A stretch of 64,000 bases of DNA from Candidatus Omnitrophota bacterium. Its GTDB lineage: Bacteria > Omnitrophota > Gorgyraeia > Zapsychrales > Zapsychraceae. A program made the translations under genes and the position numbers. The notes beneath the pieces were generated by a model. The model did not search any database. It saw only the letters and a list, made by a program, of their open reading frames with translations, and was not told the DNA's origin. Shown here one piece after another: positions 10,282 to 20,491 of this stretch. The DNA lies in assembly GCA_021108075.1 (NCBI GenBank), contig JAIORP010000168.1, forward strand, positions 2,649 through 66,648, in the 5' to 3' direction. The stretch's first letter is position 1. Every line of letters begins with the position of its first letter.

Positions 10282-10896
10282 TTAGGGATTGTCGATCCGC
10301 AAGGGGGAGGAAATCTTGCCTTCAAGATCCATCAATATTTGCTCAAGCCCCTGGTTGTAGCCATGGATAATAGCACCGATGCTTTTTTCATGGATCGGGA
10401 CATGTGCAATAAAAATTTGAGAAAACACATCTTCCGGAAAGATAAAATTCGATTGCAACGAAAAACGAATTTCAATGACAACTTCGTAAGCCGAGGGATC
10501 GGAAAAATCCGCATAAAAATGCTTAACCTGACCGGACAAAATATAATCGTATTTCTTTAAAAATTTCGCTCCAATCACCTCTTTAACAGACGCTGAAGCG
10601 GCGAACCAATCAAGGACAATGTCTGTGACCATATAATGCAACGGGCGGTCCCAACGGTTATAGTAATCGGTTTCAAACGATTGATTTTGCATCTGATAAA
10701 CAAACTGCTTGCGGTCATATGGAGAGACAATCAGGAGTTGTTTAACTTTTAAACGGATCGGCGCTTGATCCGACCCGACATCCTGTACTCGGTCCACCCC
10801 CAGGGAATACGATTGAATATCCAGATAATCCTGTGAAACCGTAATGCAACCACACAAACAGATTGAAAGGAATAAAAATAATAATTTCATTTTCAT
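10282..10896 (-). CDS. Lipoprotein, ABC-type transport auxiliary component (PqiC/YmbA-like, DUF330-type)
   Basis: 204 aa. It has a lipoprotein signal with a lipobox-like LCGC. It overlaps the upstream MCE gene by 4 bp. Position after the MCE gene in the operon is typical. Confidence 0.55.
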   Translation of the reverse strand: MKMKLLFLFLSICLCGCITVSQDYLDIQSYSLGVDRVQDVGSDQAPIRLKVKQLLIVSPYDRKQFVYQMQNQSFETDYYNRWDRPLHYMVTDIVLDWFAASASVKEVIGAKFLKKYDYILSGQVKHFYADFSDPSAYEVVIEIRFSLQSNFIFPEDVFSQIFIAHVPIHEKSIGAIIHGYNQGLEQILMDLEGKISSPLRIDNP

Positions 10897-11747
10897 CGCG
10901 GAACATCCAATTTCCGGGGTGGTTTACCGAACAGGACCCGTGACGGGTTCTGGTTTAATTCTAAGCTGAAATCTTTCAATTCTTCAGAAACGACACGCAG
11001 ATTTTCAATCAATTCACTGATGCTGTCCTTTTCAACAGTCATCAGATTATTCACGTGATTTAACGAGGCCTTGAGGTCCTCTGTTATACTAGGAAAATCA
11101 TCTGAAGCGACTTTAAAGTTATCCAGGATCGGCATGAGTTTTTCTGAGGCATGGTTCAAATTCTGGAGGAGCGGAAGAAATTCGTTTTCGAATTCCCGGG
11201 AAAACGTCGTCACCGCCTGCTCAATACGAATGATGGGACTCGGCACGGATGGGATATAAAAAGTTTCCGGAGTCCAGGTAATCAATAACGGAGGATTTTC
11301 TTTGGGATCCACATAATCAATCTCGAGATACAATAAGCCTGTGATACCTAAATAACCGATCTTGATCCGTAACCCTTCATTGCTGATCAGACGGCTCAAT
11401 GTGCTTCCCAGGTCCTGTTCATCTTTCAACCGGCCGAACAATCGGGCGTCGAGATCTATCTCAACCATAACGTATTGATTGTATAAATCATTCGCTTGTT
11501 CATTGTCACCAAAATCATACTTATCGGTCACAACCGTAATGTTCTTGACTTTTCCGACGGACACCCCCCGGTACTTGACAAAAGAACCCACATCTAATCC
11601 CTGCACGCTCTCGTCAAAATACGTTTCCAATTGTATCGACTTGTCAAATAGTTCGCCTGCGCCAAAAATGACGATCGCAACAACCATCAGCACCGTTCCG
11701 ATGACAAGGAACAACCCAATACGGAAATAATGATTTTTCTCTCTCAA
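10893..11747 (-). CDS. mlaD: MCE-family substrate-binding protein (MlaD/PqiB-like)
   Basis: 284 aa. It has an N-terminal TM anchor followed by an MCE domain (YFDESVQGLDVGSFVKYRGVSVGKV) and a C-terminal coiled-coil region. Confidence 0.8.
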   Translation of the reverse strand: MREKNHYFRIGLFLVIGTVLMVVAIVIFGAGELFDKSIQLETYFDESVQGLDVGSFVKYRGVSVGKVKNITVVTDKYDFGDNEQANDLYNQYVMVEIDLDARLFGRLKDEQDLGSTLSRLISNEGLRIKIGYLGITGLLYLEIDYVDPKENPPLLITWTPETFYIPSVPSPIIRIEQAVTTFSREFENEFLPLLQNLNHASEKLMPILDNFKVASDDFPSITEDLKASLNHVNNLMTVEKDSISELIENLRVVSEELKDFSLELNQNPSRVLFGKPPRKLDVPR

Positions 11748-11765
11748 AATTAAACAATCCTTTTT

Positions 11766-12530
11766 CTAGATGGAAACCTGACGGTTAAAAAAATCATGAA
11801 CAAATTTATTCTTCGAGCGTTGTTTTAACGTTTGCGGTTTTCCCTGGGCAATAATGCTTTTCGTTTCTTTGTCCAAAAAAATCACGCGGTCAGCGATCGT
11901 AAAAATGCTATCTAACTCATGCGTCACGATAACAAACGTGATGCCTAAAATACGGGATAATCGAATAATCAATTGATCCAGTTCAGCTGACGTAATCGGA
12001 TCAAGTCCCGCAGAAGGTTCATCCAAAAAGAGTATCTTGGGATCCAAGGCCATGGCCCGCGCTATTGCGGCCCGTTTCTGCATCCCTCCCGAAATCTCAG
12101 ACGGCAAATACTGTTCAAATCCGTCTAAACTGACTTGCTTTAATTTTAGCGCGGCTATTCTTTCACAGGCAGACTTGGGTAAGTCCGTGAACTCTTCTAA
12201 AGGGAGTATAATATTTTCGCTCAAGGTCATCGAGCCAAACAAGGCTCCGCTTTGGTACATCACACCAATCTTATTTAAAATTCTCTGTAACACATCCCCC
12301 TGAGCCAGGGTGATATCATCGCCATCGATAATAATCTGCCCGGTCTTCACTTGATATAATCCGATTAGATGCTTCAAAAGCGTACTTTTACCGCAACCAG
12401 ACCCCCCCAGGATGATAAAAATTTCCCCACGTATAATTTCAAAAGATACATTCTCTAAAATGATGTTATCCCCATATCCCATGGTCAACTGGCTTGTTTG
12501 TATCATAATATCATTTTGTTTCGACATCAA
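11766..12530 (-). CDS. mlaF: ABC transporter ATP-binding protein (MlaF-like)
   Basis: Walker A GGSGCGKST. ABC signature LSGGMQKRAAIARA. Walker B ILFLDEPSAGLD. 254 aa. It abuts the permease gene at 12530/12531. Confidence 0.9.
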   Translation of the reverse strand: MMSKQNDIMIQTSQLTMGYGDNIILENVSFEIIRGEIFIILGGSGCGKSTLLKHLIGLYQVKTGQIIIDGDDITLAQGDVLQRILNKIGVMYQSGALFGSMTLSENIILPLEEFTDLPKSACERIAALKLKQVSLDGFEQYLPSEISGGMQKRAAIARAMALDPKILFLDEPSAGLDPITSAELDQLIIRLSRILGITFVIVTHELDSIFTIADRVIFLDKETKSIIAQGKPQTLKQRSKNKFVHDFFNRQVSI

Positions 12531-13682
12531 TCAAATCCCTAAAAAATAATAAACAATTGAAAAAGCACCTTCAGCCAAAATAATCAGGATCAGAGAACTC
12601 ACAACAGCTCTGGTCGTCGACTGACCAACCGCGCTCGCCCCACTGCCCGTTTCAAGCCCACGATAGCAGCCTATCGAGGCGATTATGAAACCAAACACAA
12701 AGGACTTAATAAATCCGCCCAAGAAATCATTGAGATGGACCGCCCCTAAAATCTGATTGACATAGGTAATCAGGGGATAACCGAAAGAACGGACAACAAC
12801 CGCCCCTCCCAGCAAACCAGCAAAATCAGCAAAAATCGTCAGAACAGGCGCCAGAATGATCATTCCCAAAATTCTGTTTGTGACTAAAAATTTCAAAGGA
12901 TTAAGCCCCATTGTCTTCAAGGCATTAATCTCTTCATTCACCTTCATGGTGCCGATCTCTGCCGCAAACGCTGAACCGGTCCGCCCGGCCAGGACGATCG
13001 CCGTCATCAAAGGGCCCAAAACCCGTAAAATTGACAGCGCGACCAAATTCGCGACAAAAATGTCCGCGCCAAACTGCCGCATCGGAATGGCCGCCTGAAA
13101 AGCCATAATCAAACCCATTAAAAAATTGATCATCAGAATGATAAACAGCGCCTGCACGCCCCCCTCTTCCACGACCCGCCAGACATCTGTCCATCTGAAA
13201 TACCGCAAAGGATCACGCAAAGCCCTCAAGAAATGCACGGACAATTCCCCCAGGAAAACAATTTGCTGATAAATATGTTCGATAAAAAAATAAAAACTTT
13301 CGCCGACACCTTCAAAAATATTAACTCGTTCTTTCGGTCGAGGGGCGGGGCTGAAGGCCGGGTCTTCCAAGAAAACATCCAATAATTTTTGAAAATCTTC
13401 TTTGAGGTTGATGACATTGCAGTGCTGGCCTTTGAGGTGTTGCTGGCGATTAATTTCGGTTAATAACCCGATACCCGCGCCATCGCAATAACTCACGTCC
13501 CGGGCATCAATAATGATTAAAGGTTTTTGCTCCTGTTGAACACGTTCTAGGACTTCATTCCATAAAAGACCGATAGATTGCGCGCTCAAGTGCCCTTTCA
13601 AACGAAGATACAACTGATCTTCCGCAGGTATTTGAACATCATAAATAAAAGGTGGTATGGCTTGTTGAGTTCGTAAAGTCAT
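12531..13682 (-). CDS. mlaE: MlaE-family ABC permease with an N-terminal fused STAS (MlaB-like) domain
   Basis: 383 aa. The N-terminal approximately 110 aa resemble a STAS/anti-sigma-antagonist fold (LIIIDARDVSYCDGAGIGLL). The remainder is a typical MlaE permease with five TM helices. Confidence 0.8.
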   Translation of the reverse strand: MTLRTQQAIPPFIYDVQIPAEDQLYLRLKGHLSAQSIGLLWNEVLERVQQEQKPLIIIDARDVSYCDGAGIGLLTEINRQQHLKGQHCNVINLKEDFQKLLDVFLEDPAFSPAPRPKERVNIFEGVGESFYFFIEHIYQQIVFLGELSVHFLRALRDPLRYFRWTDVWRVVEEGGVQALFIILMINFLMGLIMAFQAAIPMRQFGADIFVANLVALSILRVLGPLMTAIVLAGRTGSAFAAEIGTMKVNEEINALKTMGLNPLKFLVTNRILGMIILAPVLTIFADFAGLLGGAVVVRSFGYPLITYVNQILGAVHLNDFLGGFIKSFVFGFIIASIGCYRGLETGSGASAVGQSTTRAVVSSLILIILAEGAFSIVYYFLGI

Positions 13683-13853
13683 CGAGCGTCCAGTTGATAT
13701 CTGATTTAAAAAATATTATTCACCGATCCGAGTATTATTTTACATGATGTGATGAGATAAAAAAATAAATATAAAAAAATATATCTTTATTTTTTCCGCC
13801 GGGGTATTGGACAGGTTGGCAAACAGGACTCGCGTAGAAAAACCTTCCCCTCA

Positions 13854-14330
13854 TTATGCGCTATTCGGCATCAGGCCTTTTTGCATCTTAACAAATGTGA
13901 TCTCATGCTCCAGGAAATCAGGATGGTCCAAATATTCGCCGCTTGAGACAAAACCGTTTTTCTCAAAAAATGGCCGTGACGCATTTCGGGCTATGGCATG
14001 CAAGTTCGCAATCCCCTGACTTCTCACAATTGTTTCAAGCTTAACAAGCATTTTCGTTCCTAACCCACAAGCACGATAATCTTGCCTGATACCGATGTGC
14101 CGCAACTCATAAGAGTCCGTTGACGTTTGATAGGCGATTAATCCGCCCACAAATTGATCTTGATCTTTGATAGCCAGAATCATCTCATACCCGTCCAGAT
14201 TAAAATCATTTTGAATCTCTTTTGATAAACCTAACGGCTCCCAGAGAATTTGCCACATCAACTCATCAACTTTCCGGGCCTGTTCAGACTGGGGAATAAT
14301 AACCTCAATGAGGATTTTATTTTTTTTCAT
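13854..14330 (-). CDS. GNAT-family N-acetyltransferase
   Basis: 158 aa. It carries the acetyl-CoA-binding motif RQDYRACGLGTKML and beta-bulge region. Confidence 0.8.
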   Translation of the reverse strand: MKKNKILIEVIIPQSEQARKVDELMWQILWEPLGLSKEIQNDFNLDGYEMILAIKDQDQFVGGLIAYQTSTDSYELRHIGIRQDYRACGLGTKMLVKLETIVRSQGIANLHAIARNASRPFFEKNGFVSSGEYLDHPDFLEHEITFVKMQKGLMPNSA

Positions 14331-14477
14331 GGCATCCTATCCTGAAAATCTTTGTTTATGTTTTGCCCCACATCAAACCGGCAAATGACACGATAACGGA
14401 ATGACGTGTCGGAGGCAGGATTGATATAGATTAATTCTGATGATCCCCTGTGTTAATCCCTTCAAAAAATACATATG

Positions 14478-14559
14478 ATACCAATTCCATTAAATAATAA
14501 CCAAAATCAATTCTGCTTTTCAGAATTAAGATAGAACAATTTATTAATGGATTTGGTAT
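14478..14559 (+). repeat. MITE-like element, short form, copy C
   Basis: ATACCAATTCCATTAAATAATAACCAAAATCAATTCTGCTTTTCAGAATTAAGATAGAACAATTTATTAATGGATTTGGTAT. It is flanked by the TA-containing ends ATA...TAT. Confidence 0.8.
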
Positions 14560-14749
14560 GATATGCCTCTTTGCAAACCGGACAGCCCAGAACTTTTTCT
14601 TCCCGGGAAGCATTCTCAGTGACAATACACCCGCCTAAAATCATAATCGACAAAAACATAAACAAAATATTTTTTTTGATTTCATTTATATCATATTGAT
14701 TGACCTATTCAATGATGTTGATCGAATACACATGATGGATTCTGCGCGA

Positions 14750-15481
14750 TCAAATTTCAAAATCACAAATAAGCGGGCGATGATCGGAGAAAGCGACCTC
14801 AGGCATGGAAAAATGAGAAACTTTAATGTCAGGACTGTGTAATATAAAATCAATTTCCCTAAATGGACGGCGGCTCGGAAAAGACGGCAAGCCACTATGA
14901 TTCGCGTTAATCAGTTTCGTCTTGTCCAAAAAATCTTCCATTTCATGATCCCCTCTTAAAACATTAAAATCACCGGCTACTATAATCGGCTTTGAAATGG
15001 ACTGCAACTGCTTGCGCAGTTCATCTAATTGATGATGACGGTGTTTGTATTTAATCGACAAATGGACTAAAAAAATGACCACCTGCTCGATTTCTAATTC
15101 AATCATCATCCGTTTTATCCCCTTACGGAAATAATGAATTTTCTTGTTGTGGATGGTTCGGTTCGTCAGAATCGCATTGCCTTGTTTATTGGTTAAGGGC
15201 AATTTCTGCCAAATAGATTTTCGCGCGTATTTCGATTGATAGACGCAGAAATGTTGCAACTGACGGGCAAGGGTGTTCGCTTGACATTCTTTTTGAAAAC
15301 GAACAGAACCGCTGTCAACTTCAAGCAACCCAAGAATATCTGGATTGACGGATTCAACAAAATCGATCAAATGCGAAAACTTTTTATGCGTGCTCCGCAG
15401 GTAACCGCTAAATGGAAACGGGAGATGGAAATGCCACTCGGAGCCGGTTCCGTAACGAATATTGTATAGAAGAAATCGCAT
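14750..15481 (-). CDS. Endonuclease/exonuclease/phosphatase (EEP) family protein
   Basis: 243 aa. It has the N-terminal LLEVD motif and the C-terminal SDHRPL motif typical of the EEP fold. Confidence 0.65.
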   Translation of the reverse strand: MRFLLYNIRYGTGSEWHFHLPFPFSGYLRSTHKKFSHLIDFVESVNPDILGLLEVDSGSVRFQKECQANTLARQLQHFCVYQSKYARKSIWQKLPLTNKQGNAILTNRTIHNKKIHYFRKGIKRMMIELEIEQVVIFLVHLSIKYKHRHHQLDELRKQLQSISKPIIVAGDFNVLRGDHEMEDFLDKTKLINANHSGLPSFPSRRPFREIDFILHSPDIKVSHFSMPEVAFSDHRPLICDFEI

Positions 15482-15557
15482 AAGTAACTAATAGACTATC
15501 TCATTAACAAAATTATTAACAGCGGCCATAAGACGTCCTCTTAAATAAGTTATGACA

Positions 15558-15899
15558 TTATTCAGCATAATGCTTTAAATCTTTCCTAGCCTGTTCAACC
15601 CAAAAACCAGAACGGTGTTTATTAATCAATTCCATATAAACATTCATCGCCCGGTCACTATCCCCACTGTTCCGGTAACTTTCAGCTAAATAATATAAAA
15701 CAACTTCATTCAACGGGTTATTGGGTTTTTCCTGAACAAACACCTTAAAATGTTTGACGGCCTCTTTATAGCGACCGGATTGATAGGCTTGCATCCCTTG
15801 ATCATACACATCATCAAGTTTAGGATTCGTTGTCGCGCAACTTGCCAGGATCAAAGAAAAATATAACGTCATCAATAGAAATTTCCATTTCCTCATCAT
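15558..15899 (-). CDS. TPR-repeat lipoprotein (YbgF/CpoB-like)
   Basis: The likely true start is MMRKWKFLLMTLYFSLILASC (lipobox). A TPR region follows (AYQSGRYKEAVKHFKVF..., YYLAESY...). The listed ORF extends to 15947 with an N-terminal tail that is probably non-coding. Confidence 0.55.
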   Translation of the reverse strand: MMRKWKFLLMTLYFSLILASCATTNPKLDDVYDQGMQAYQSGRYKEAVKHFKVFVQEKPNNPLNEVVLYYLAESYRNSGDSDRAMNVYMELINKHRSGFWVEQARKDLKHYAE

Positions 15900-15963
15900 T
15901 GCTTTGACTCCTAAGGTCAACCGTTCTTGTGAGATATCTATACTCACACCGAATTATTGAATG

Positions 15964-16359
15964 CTACTCATCCCACCCCATTCCTTCATCGACCGTATCA
16001 TCCGGCCGGTCAGACTTTTTCCGTCCAGCCCCCATAAACTGGACATTCGACGCCAAGACTTTCAAGCGCGTTCGTTTTGCGCCCTGCTCGGTTTCCCATC
16101 GGTCCTGTTTGAGACGACCTATCACAACAACCGGACTTCCTTTCTGGAGATATTTCGCGCAATTCTCCGCGATCACACCCCAAACCTCTATGTCGATAAA
16201 CGACGTTTCCTGTGTCTTTTGCCCGCCTTGCATATACGTCCGATTCGACGCTAAAGTAAACGTACAAACCTTCCGCCCTGACGATGTGTTCTTTAGGACA
16301 ACATCTTTTGTCAGGTTTCCGCCTAAAATCACATTATTAATCTCTAAACTCATGTTCAA
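15964..16359 (-). CDS. ssb: Single-stranded DNA-binding protein
   Basis: 131 aa. It has an OB-fold core (NNVILGGNLTKDVVLKNTSSGRKVCTFTLASN...). The C-terminal tail ends GMGWDE and lacks the canonical DDDIPF tip. Confidence 0.8.
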   Translation of the reverse strand: MNMSLEINNVILGGNLTKDVVLKNTSSGRKVCTFTLASNRTYMQGGQKTQETSFIDIEVWGVIAENCAKYLQKGSPVVVIGRLKQDRWETEQGAKRTRLKVLASNVQFMGAGRKKSDRPDDTVDEGMGWDE

Positions 16360-16584
16360 ACCTTTTTCTGAATAGATTGATGGATAGATGAATCAGACAC
16401 CCGTTTTCTCTAAAATAAAGATATCATAAATTATAGAATGAATAAGCATTTTTCTCAAGCAGCATATTTCAGCCTAGACAATGACACGATTGGACCCTTT
16501 CGGTCATTCCGGTGAGTCCGATAAAGCGCAACATAATAGGGATAGCGTTCAACAAAACGGTTTTGGGCGAACAACAGATATCCA

Positions 16585-17058
16585 TTATTGAAAACGGCAA
16601 TCTGAGCGTCTTTGGATCACTTCGTCTTCAGATGACCGCATCCATCCCGATCGGCTATTTTCGACGGAATCAAAGGCGTGAATATAAGGTTTAATATCAA
16701 TCAAAGGCGTTCCGTCTAACACGTCGACCCCACGAATGGTTAAGACGGACCCATCAACTTTCACTAATCGAACAATCGAGAGGCCTATCGGGTTCGGACG
16801 GGATGGTGAACGGGTTGAAAAAATTCCCCGCAGCGATGGATCCATAAACGGTTTGACGATCAATTGGGATTGCTGGGCCTTATGCCACAGATACAATAAA
16901 TAGAGATGGCTGAATCCCTCTACATCTTTTAACCCCTGGGCATATTGGCAGTCGACATGTACCTTTCCCTCAATCTCCATGCCTCCTTTTGGCTGAACCG
17001 GCATATTATCAATTTTATTAAACGGTGTGCGGATAACTCCGATCGGTTTCACTTCCAT
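16585..17058 (-). CDS. trmO: tRNA (t6A37) methyltransferase TrmO (YaeB-like), short form
   Basis: 157 aa. N-terminal IGVIRTPF and the beta-barrel TsaA-like domain. Characteristic RPNPIG motif. Confidence 0.75.
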   Translation of the reverse strand: MEVKPIGVIRTPFNKIDNMPVQPKGGMEIEGKVHVDCQYAQGLKDVEGFSHLYLLYLWHKAQQSQLIVKPFMDPSLRGIFSTRSPSRPNPIGLSIVRLVKVDGSVLTIRGVDVLDGTPLIDIKPYIHAFDSVENSRSGWMRSSEDEVIQRRSDCRFQ

Positions 17059-17117
17059 ATTGTCTACTCCTCTGCTTCCTGAGTGATCGTCTCATTCGTT
17101 ATAATTGATGTCTTAAT

Positions 17118-17489
17118 TTAAAGGCGGAAATGATCCAGACATGCATTGTCATAGATGACTTCTTCCATCGAGTTCAGATAATACTGGTCGATTGCTTCCC
17201 GGACCGTCGAAATATCACCATCCGTGCAAAACGCTTTGATTCCATTTTGATTGAGTTGCCCGACAGCCCGGACGCCCATGCCAGAGCATAAAACAACCTT
17301 GATGCCAAGGGGTTTGATCTGCCCGATAGCCTGACAGGTCCCATGAATATGATGATGGGCGTGATTGTCAATAAAAAAGAGCGATTGATCTTTATGATTA
17401 TGTATGGCAAGAAACGGCGAGCTGCCAAAATGATCATAAATTTTAGCTCCATAGCCATCATTACTCTTACTGGGAATACATATTTTCAT
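17118..17489 (-). CDS. NifB/NifX/NafY-like dinitrogenase FeMo-cofactor-binding domain protein
   Basis: 123 aa. Typical family size and the pattern ...GIKVVLCSGMGVRAV...GIKAF.... Confidence 0.6.
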   Translation of the reverse strand: MKICIPSKSNDGYGAKIYDHFGSSPFLAIHNHKDQSLFFIDNHAHHHIHGTCQAIGQIKPLGIKVVLCSGMGVRAVGQLNQNGIKAFCTDGDISTVREAIDQYYLNSMEEVIYDNACLDHFRL

Positions 17490-17683
17490 CTCTTTATCCT
17501 TTCTGAGTCATTGAAACGATTTGCTTTTCAAAAATTGATCAGATGATTCTGAATTTTTTGTCATTAATGTTTTGTCTCCGCTATCGTCGTCAAAAAAATC
17601 GACGACGGTTCTTCATTCTTTTACAGATAAAAACATGATCGCACTGGCCGGACTCCATCGTGAAAGCATTCCAACCCTTTTTA

Positions 17684-20491
17684 TTATCCGTCTTCCTCTG
17701 ATAGCAATATAGCCACAGGAAAAACTTTCAATACGTGTCCGACGTTAAGATCCGGCATAATGTCGAAAGTCTTACGTGTGATCGCGTTGAAACCCCGACC
17801 GACAAGTTCCTGTGGACATTCGATAAATGTTTCTCCCCAGACATTCTCACCGGTAGGACTCTCATCTGTTTTGACGATTTCGGTAAAAAAACGAGGGGCA
17901 ATAACTAATACAACTGTATTTTTGCGCTTACGATAAAAGGCAACCAGGCAGTCTTCATGCGTCCCTTTTACTGTCAATGGATGATAGGTTCCGTCTAGAA
18001 AGAGCTCCTCCTGTTGCCTCCGGCATTGTAGGATCTGATGGATTAAAAATAATTTGATCCGTCCGTCTTGACGACTCTGCCACAAGTCGCATAATAACAG
18101 GTCCATGTCATTCCGGGACCTGACATCAATGTCATCCAAACACAACAGACGTTTTTTATAATCTACCGGACGTCGGTTATCGGGATCGACAAAACTAAAA
18201 TCCCATAAGTCTGTTCCCTGATAAAAATCCGGCACGCCGACACCCGTCATTTTCAACAAAGTCTGCGATAAGGAATTAAGAATACCATAGTGCGCGATAT
18301 GTTTCTGAAAAGGAATAAACTCATTCAGAAATTTATTATCGGTATCCTGATTCAAAATCTTATCAATAAAAGCCAAACAGGTTTCTTCATAAACCGTGTC
18401 CGGTTTGATCCACGCGGTATGAACCTTCGCCTCGCGAATCGCTTTAATCGTGTAATCCTTCAGGCGCTGTTTAAACGAATCAAGCTCGGATAGATCAAAC
18501 GGAAAGGCCCCCAGCATGGATTGATAAATAAAATACTCATCATTGGCATCAGGAATATAAGCCCCGTCTATTTTTCTTTTCCTGGCGCGGTTCATTTTGC
18601 TCCAGGTCTTTAATGCATTTTTCCAATCCTCAGGAATTTCCGACAGGACATTGATCCGTGCCCGAGCATCTTCTCCGCGCTTTGTATCGTGCGTTGCTGT
18701 TGCATTGAGCGTGTGCGGAAATTGAGCGAATCTTTGCTGATTAAAATGATGAAAATCATGGCGTGTGATGCCAAAACAACCGGGATCTCCTCCAACTTCA
18801 TTTAAAGAAATCAGTTTGTTGTAGGAGTAAAAAAAGGTGTCTTCAAATCCTTTAGCCATAATCGGCGAGGTGATTTGCTGAAAACGCATAATAAAATGCC
18901 AAAAATCACGTTTTTCATCCTCCCGCAGCGAATCCTCTATCTCTAACAAAAGAAATTTCTTGATAAACTTTATTTCATACTCAAGGCCCGGATGATGTTT
19001 CAACGACTTCGTGATCGCAGTCTGAATATAAACCTTCTCATGTTCATTTCTGTGCAAGGACGACAGATACGTTCGATATACGGGGAATGCCGTCAAGACC
19101 GCCACCAGAGCGCGTTTTAGCCCGAAAAGTGTGATGTCGCGTCCGTAGCGGTCCCGGCTGGCCACTTTCTTCATCAAGTAAGCAAGATTCTCAATATCTC
19201 CCGCCATATGCTTATCAATGATCAACCGTTTTGTTTGGTCAACAAGATATTCATATCGAAAATGAAGTTTTGTGAATTTATAATAAATCTTGATAAAATC
19301 CGCTTTGGACTTGGTCCGGCACAACACGCCATTAACCCTATTCATAAAATCATACCCGGTGGTACCCTGAATCGGCCAATCCGGAGGCAATTTTTCATCC
19401 CCGGCTAATATTTTCTCTGTCACGATAAACGTGTCCTTCATCGCGGCAGATAATCGCTTCAAATAAACCGTCGGGTCATACAAGCCATCAACATGATCAA
19501 TTCTTAATCCGTGAATTTTATTTTCTTGCTTAAGTTTCTTAATAAAATCATGCGTGACGTTGAAAACATTCCGTTGTTCAACGCGCAACGAGATTAAATC
19601 ATTGATGGTAAAAAACCTCCGGTAATTTAATTCCTCACTGGCGACTTTCCAAAAAGATAAACGGTAACATTGCCTGGACAATAACAAGTCAAAAAATTCA
19701 AGACCCCGGTCTTTGTCTTTCTTCCCGTTAAAAAAAAGCAAATTGTCATCAACAAAACTTTTTATCGTCGCGTTCTGATAACAATCCCACAACATCTTTT
19801 TAGCGTGTAAAACCTGGTGATTGTCACAATCCAGTTTGTCTTTGTTTAATAATGCGCTAAAAATATCAACGGCACCATAAAATTTGATATACGTCGAGTC
19901 ATATTCCCCCAGTGTTTGTTCTAAACAAGAGATGTTATTCAGCAGAACGTCTTTGTATGTATCTAAATAGAGGGGAAAACATAAATCATAGTAACGGATG
20001 AATAATCCCCCCTGGTTATAGACCACTTTAATTTCCCCATCTGATAACGCCTCGGAATAAAACTTGCCGAGAAACGGAGCCAAAACCCGCCCCTGGTAAC
20101 TTTCATACATATGGACCCAATCAATATCAAAATACTCAAAATAAAGAGAATGTTCGCGTTTTTCAAATATATCCATAAGCATATCGTTCTCTTTATGGTA
20201 GGCCATATGATTGGGAACAATATCCTGCAGCCAGAACATGCCCTGGTCCTGGACAGATTTAATAAGCGATTCAAACTCCTCATGGGTTCCTAATTGGGGG
20301 TTTATCGTTGATGGGTCGGTCACATCATAACCATGTTGGGAACCAAACCGGGCCTTCAGTATGGGCGACGCATAAATATCAGAGACACCCAATTTATGCA
20401 AGTAAGGCAAAATGGCCTCCAGGTCTTTAAACCCAAAAACAGGGGAAAACTGAATCCGATATGTTGCCCGAGGTATATGCATGTTATTCAA
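17684..20491 (-). CDS. treY: Malto-oligosyltrehalose synthase (GH13)
   Basis: 935 aa. N-terminus YRIQFSP...DIYASPILKA...GYDVTDP, then VPNHMA, is diagnostic of TreY. Confidence 0.85.
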   Translation of the reverse strand: MNNMHIPRATYRIQFSPVFGFKDLEAILPYLHKLGVSDIYASPILKARFGSQHGYDVTDPSTINPQLGTHEEFESLIKSVQDQGMFWLQDIVPNHMAYHKENDMLMDIFEKREHSLYFEYFDIDWVHMYESYQGRVLAPFLGKFYSEALSDGEIKVVYNQGGLFIRYYDLCFPLYLDTYKDVLLNNISCLEQTLGEYDSTYIKFYGAVDIFSALLNKDKLDCDNHQVLHAKKMLWDCYQNATIKSFVDDNLLFFNGKKDKDRGLEFFDLLLSRQCYRLSFWKVASEELNYRRFFTINDLISLRVEQRNVFNVTHDFIKKLKQENKIHGLRIDHVDGLYDPTVYLKRLSAAMKDTFIVTEKILAGDEKLPPDWPIQGTTGYDFMNRVNGVLCRTKSKADFIKIYYKFTKLHFRYEYLVDQTKRLIIDKHMAGDIENLAYLMKKVASRDRYGRDITLFGLKRALVAVLTAFPVYRTYLSSLHRNEHEKVYIQTAITKSLKHHPGLEYEIKFIKKFLLLEIEDSLREDEKRDFWHFIMRFQQITSPIMAKGFEDTFFYSYNKLISLNEVGGDPGCFGITRHDFHHFNQQRFAQFPHTLNATATHDTKRGEDARARINVLSEIPEDWKNALKTWSKMNRARKRKIDGAYIPDANDEYFIYQSMLGAFPFDLSELDSFKQRLKDYTIKAIREAKVHTAWIKPDTVYEETCLAFIDKILNQDTDNKFLNEFIPFQKHIAHYGILNSLSQTLLKMTGVGVPDFYQGTDLWDFSFVDPDNRRPVDYKKRLLCLDDIDVRSRNDMDLLLCDLWQSRQDGRIKLFLIHQILQCRRQQEELFLDGTYHPLTVKGTHEDCLVAFYRKRKNTVVLVIAPRFFTEIVKTDESPTGENVWGETFIECPQELVGRGFNAITRKTFDIMPDLNVGHVLKVFPVAILLSEEDG

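Noticed and set aside
10165-10560. Plus-strand ORF of 131 aa overlapping the PqiC-like lipoprotein gene
   Set aside because: It starts inside a MITE fragment and runs antisense to a well-supported lipoprotein gene that is translationally coupled to the MCE gene.
15929-16375. Plus-strand ORFs overlapping ssb (15929..16375, 15961..16254) and a minus-strand ORF 16010..16267 in another frame
   Set aside because: The SSB OB-fold reading frame is unambiguous. The others are overlapping alternative frames.
17546-17578. Hairpin CGTCGTC-AAAAAAAT-CGACGACG downstream of treY
   Set aside because: The A/T run is inside the loop rather than following the stem on the transcribed (minus) strand. It is therefore not a convincing intrinsic terminator and was left unannotated.
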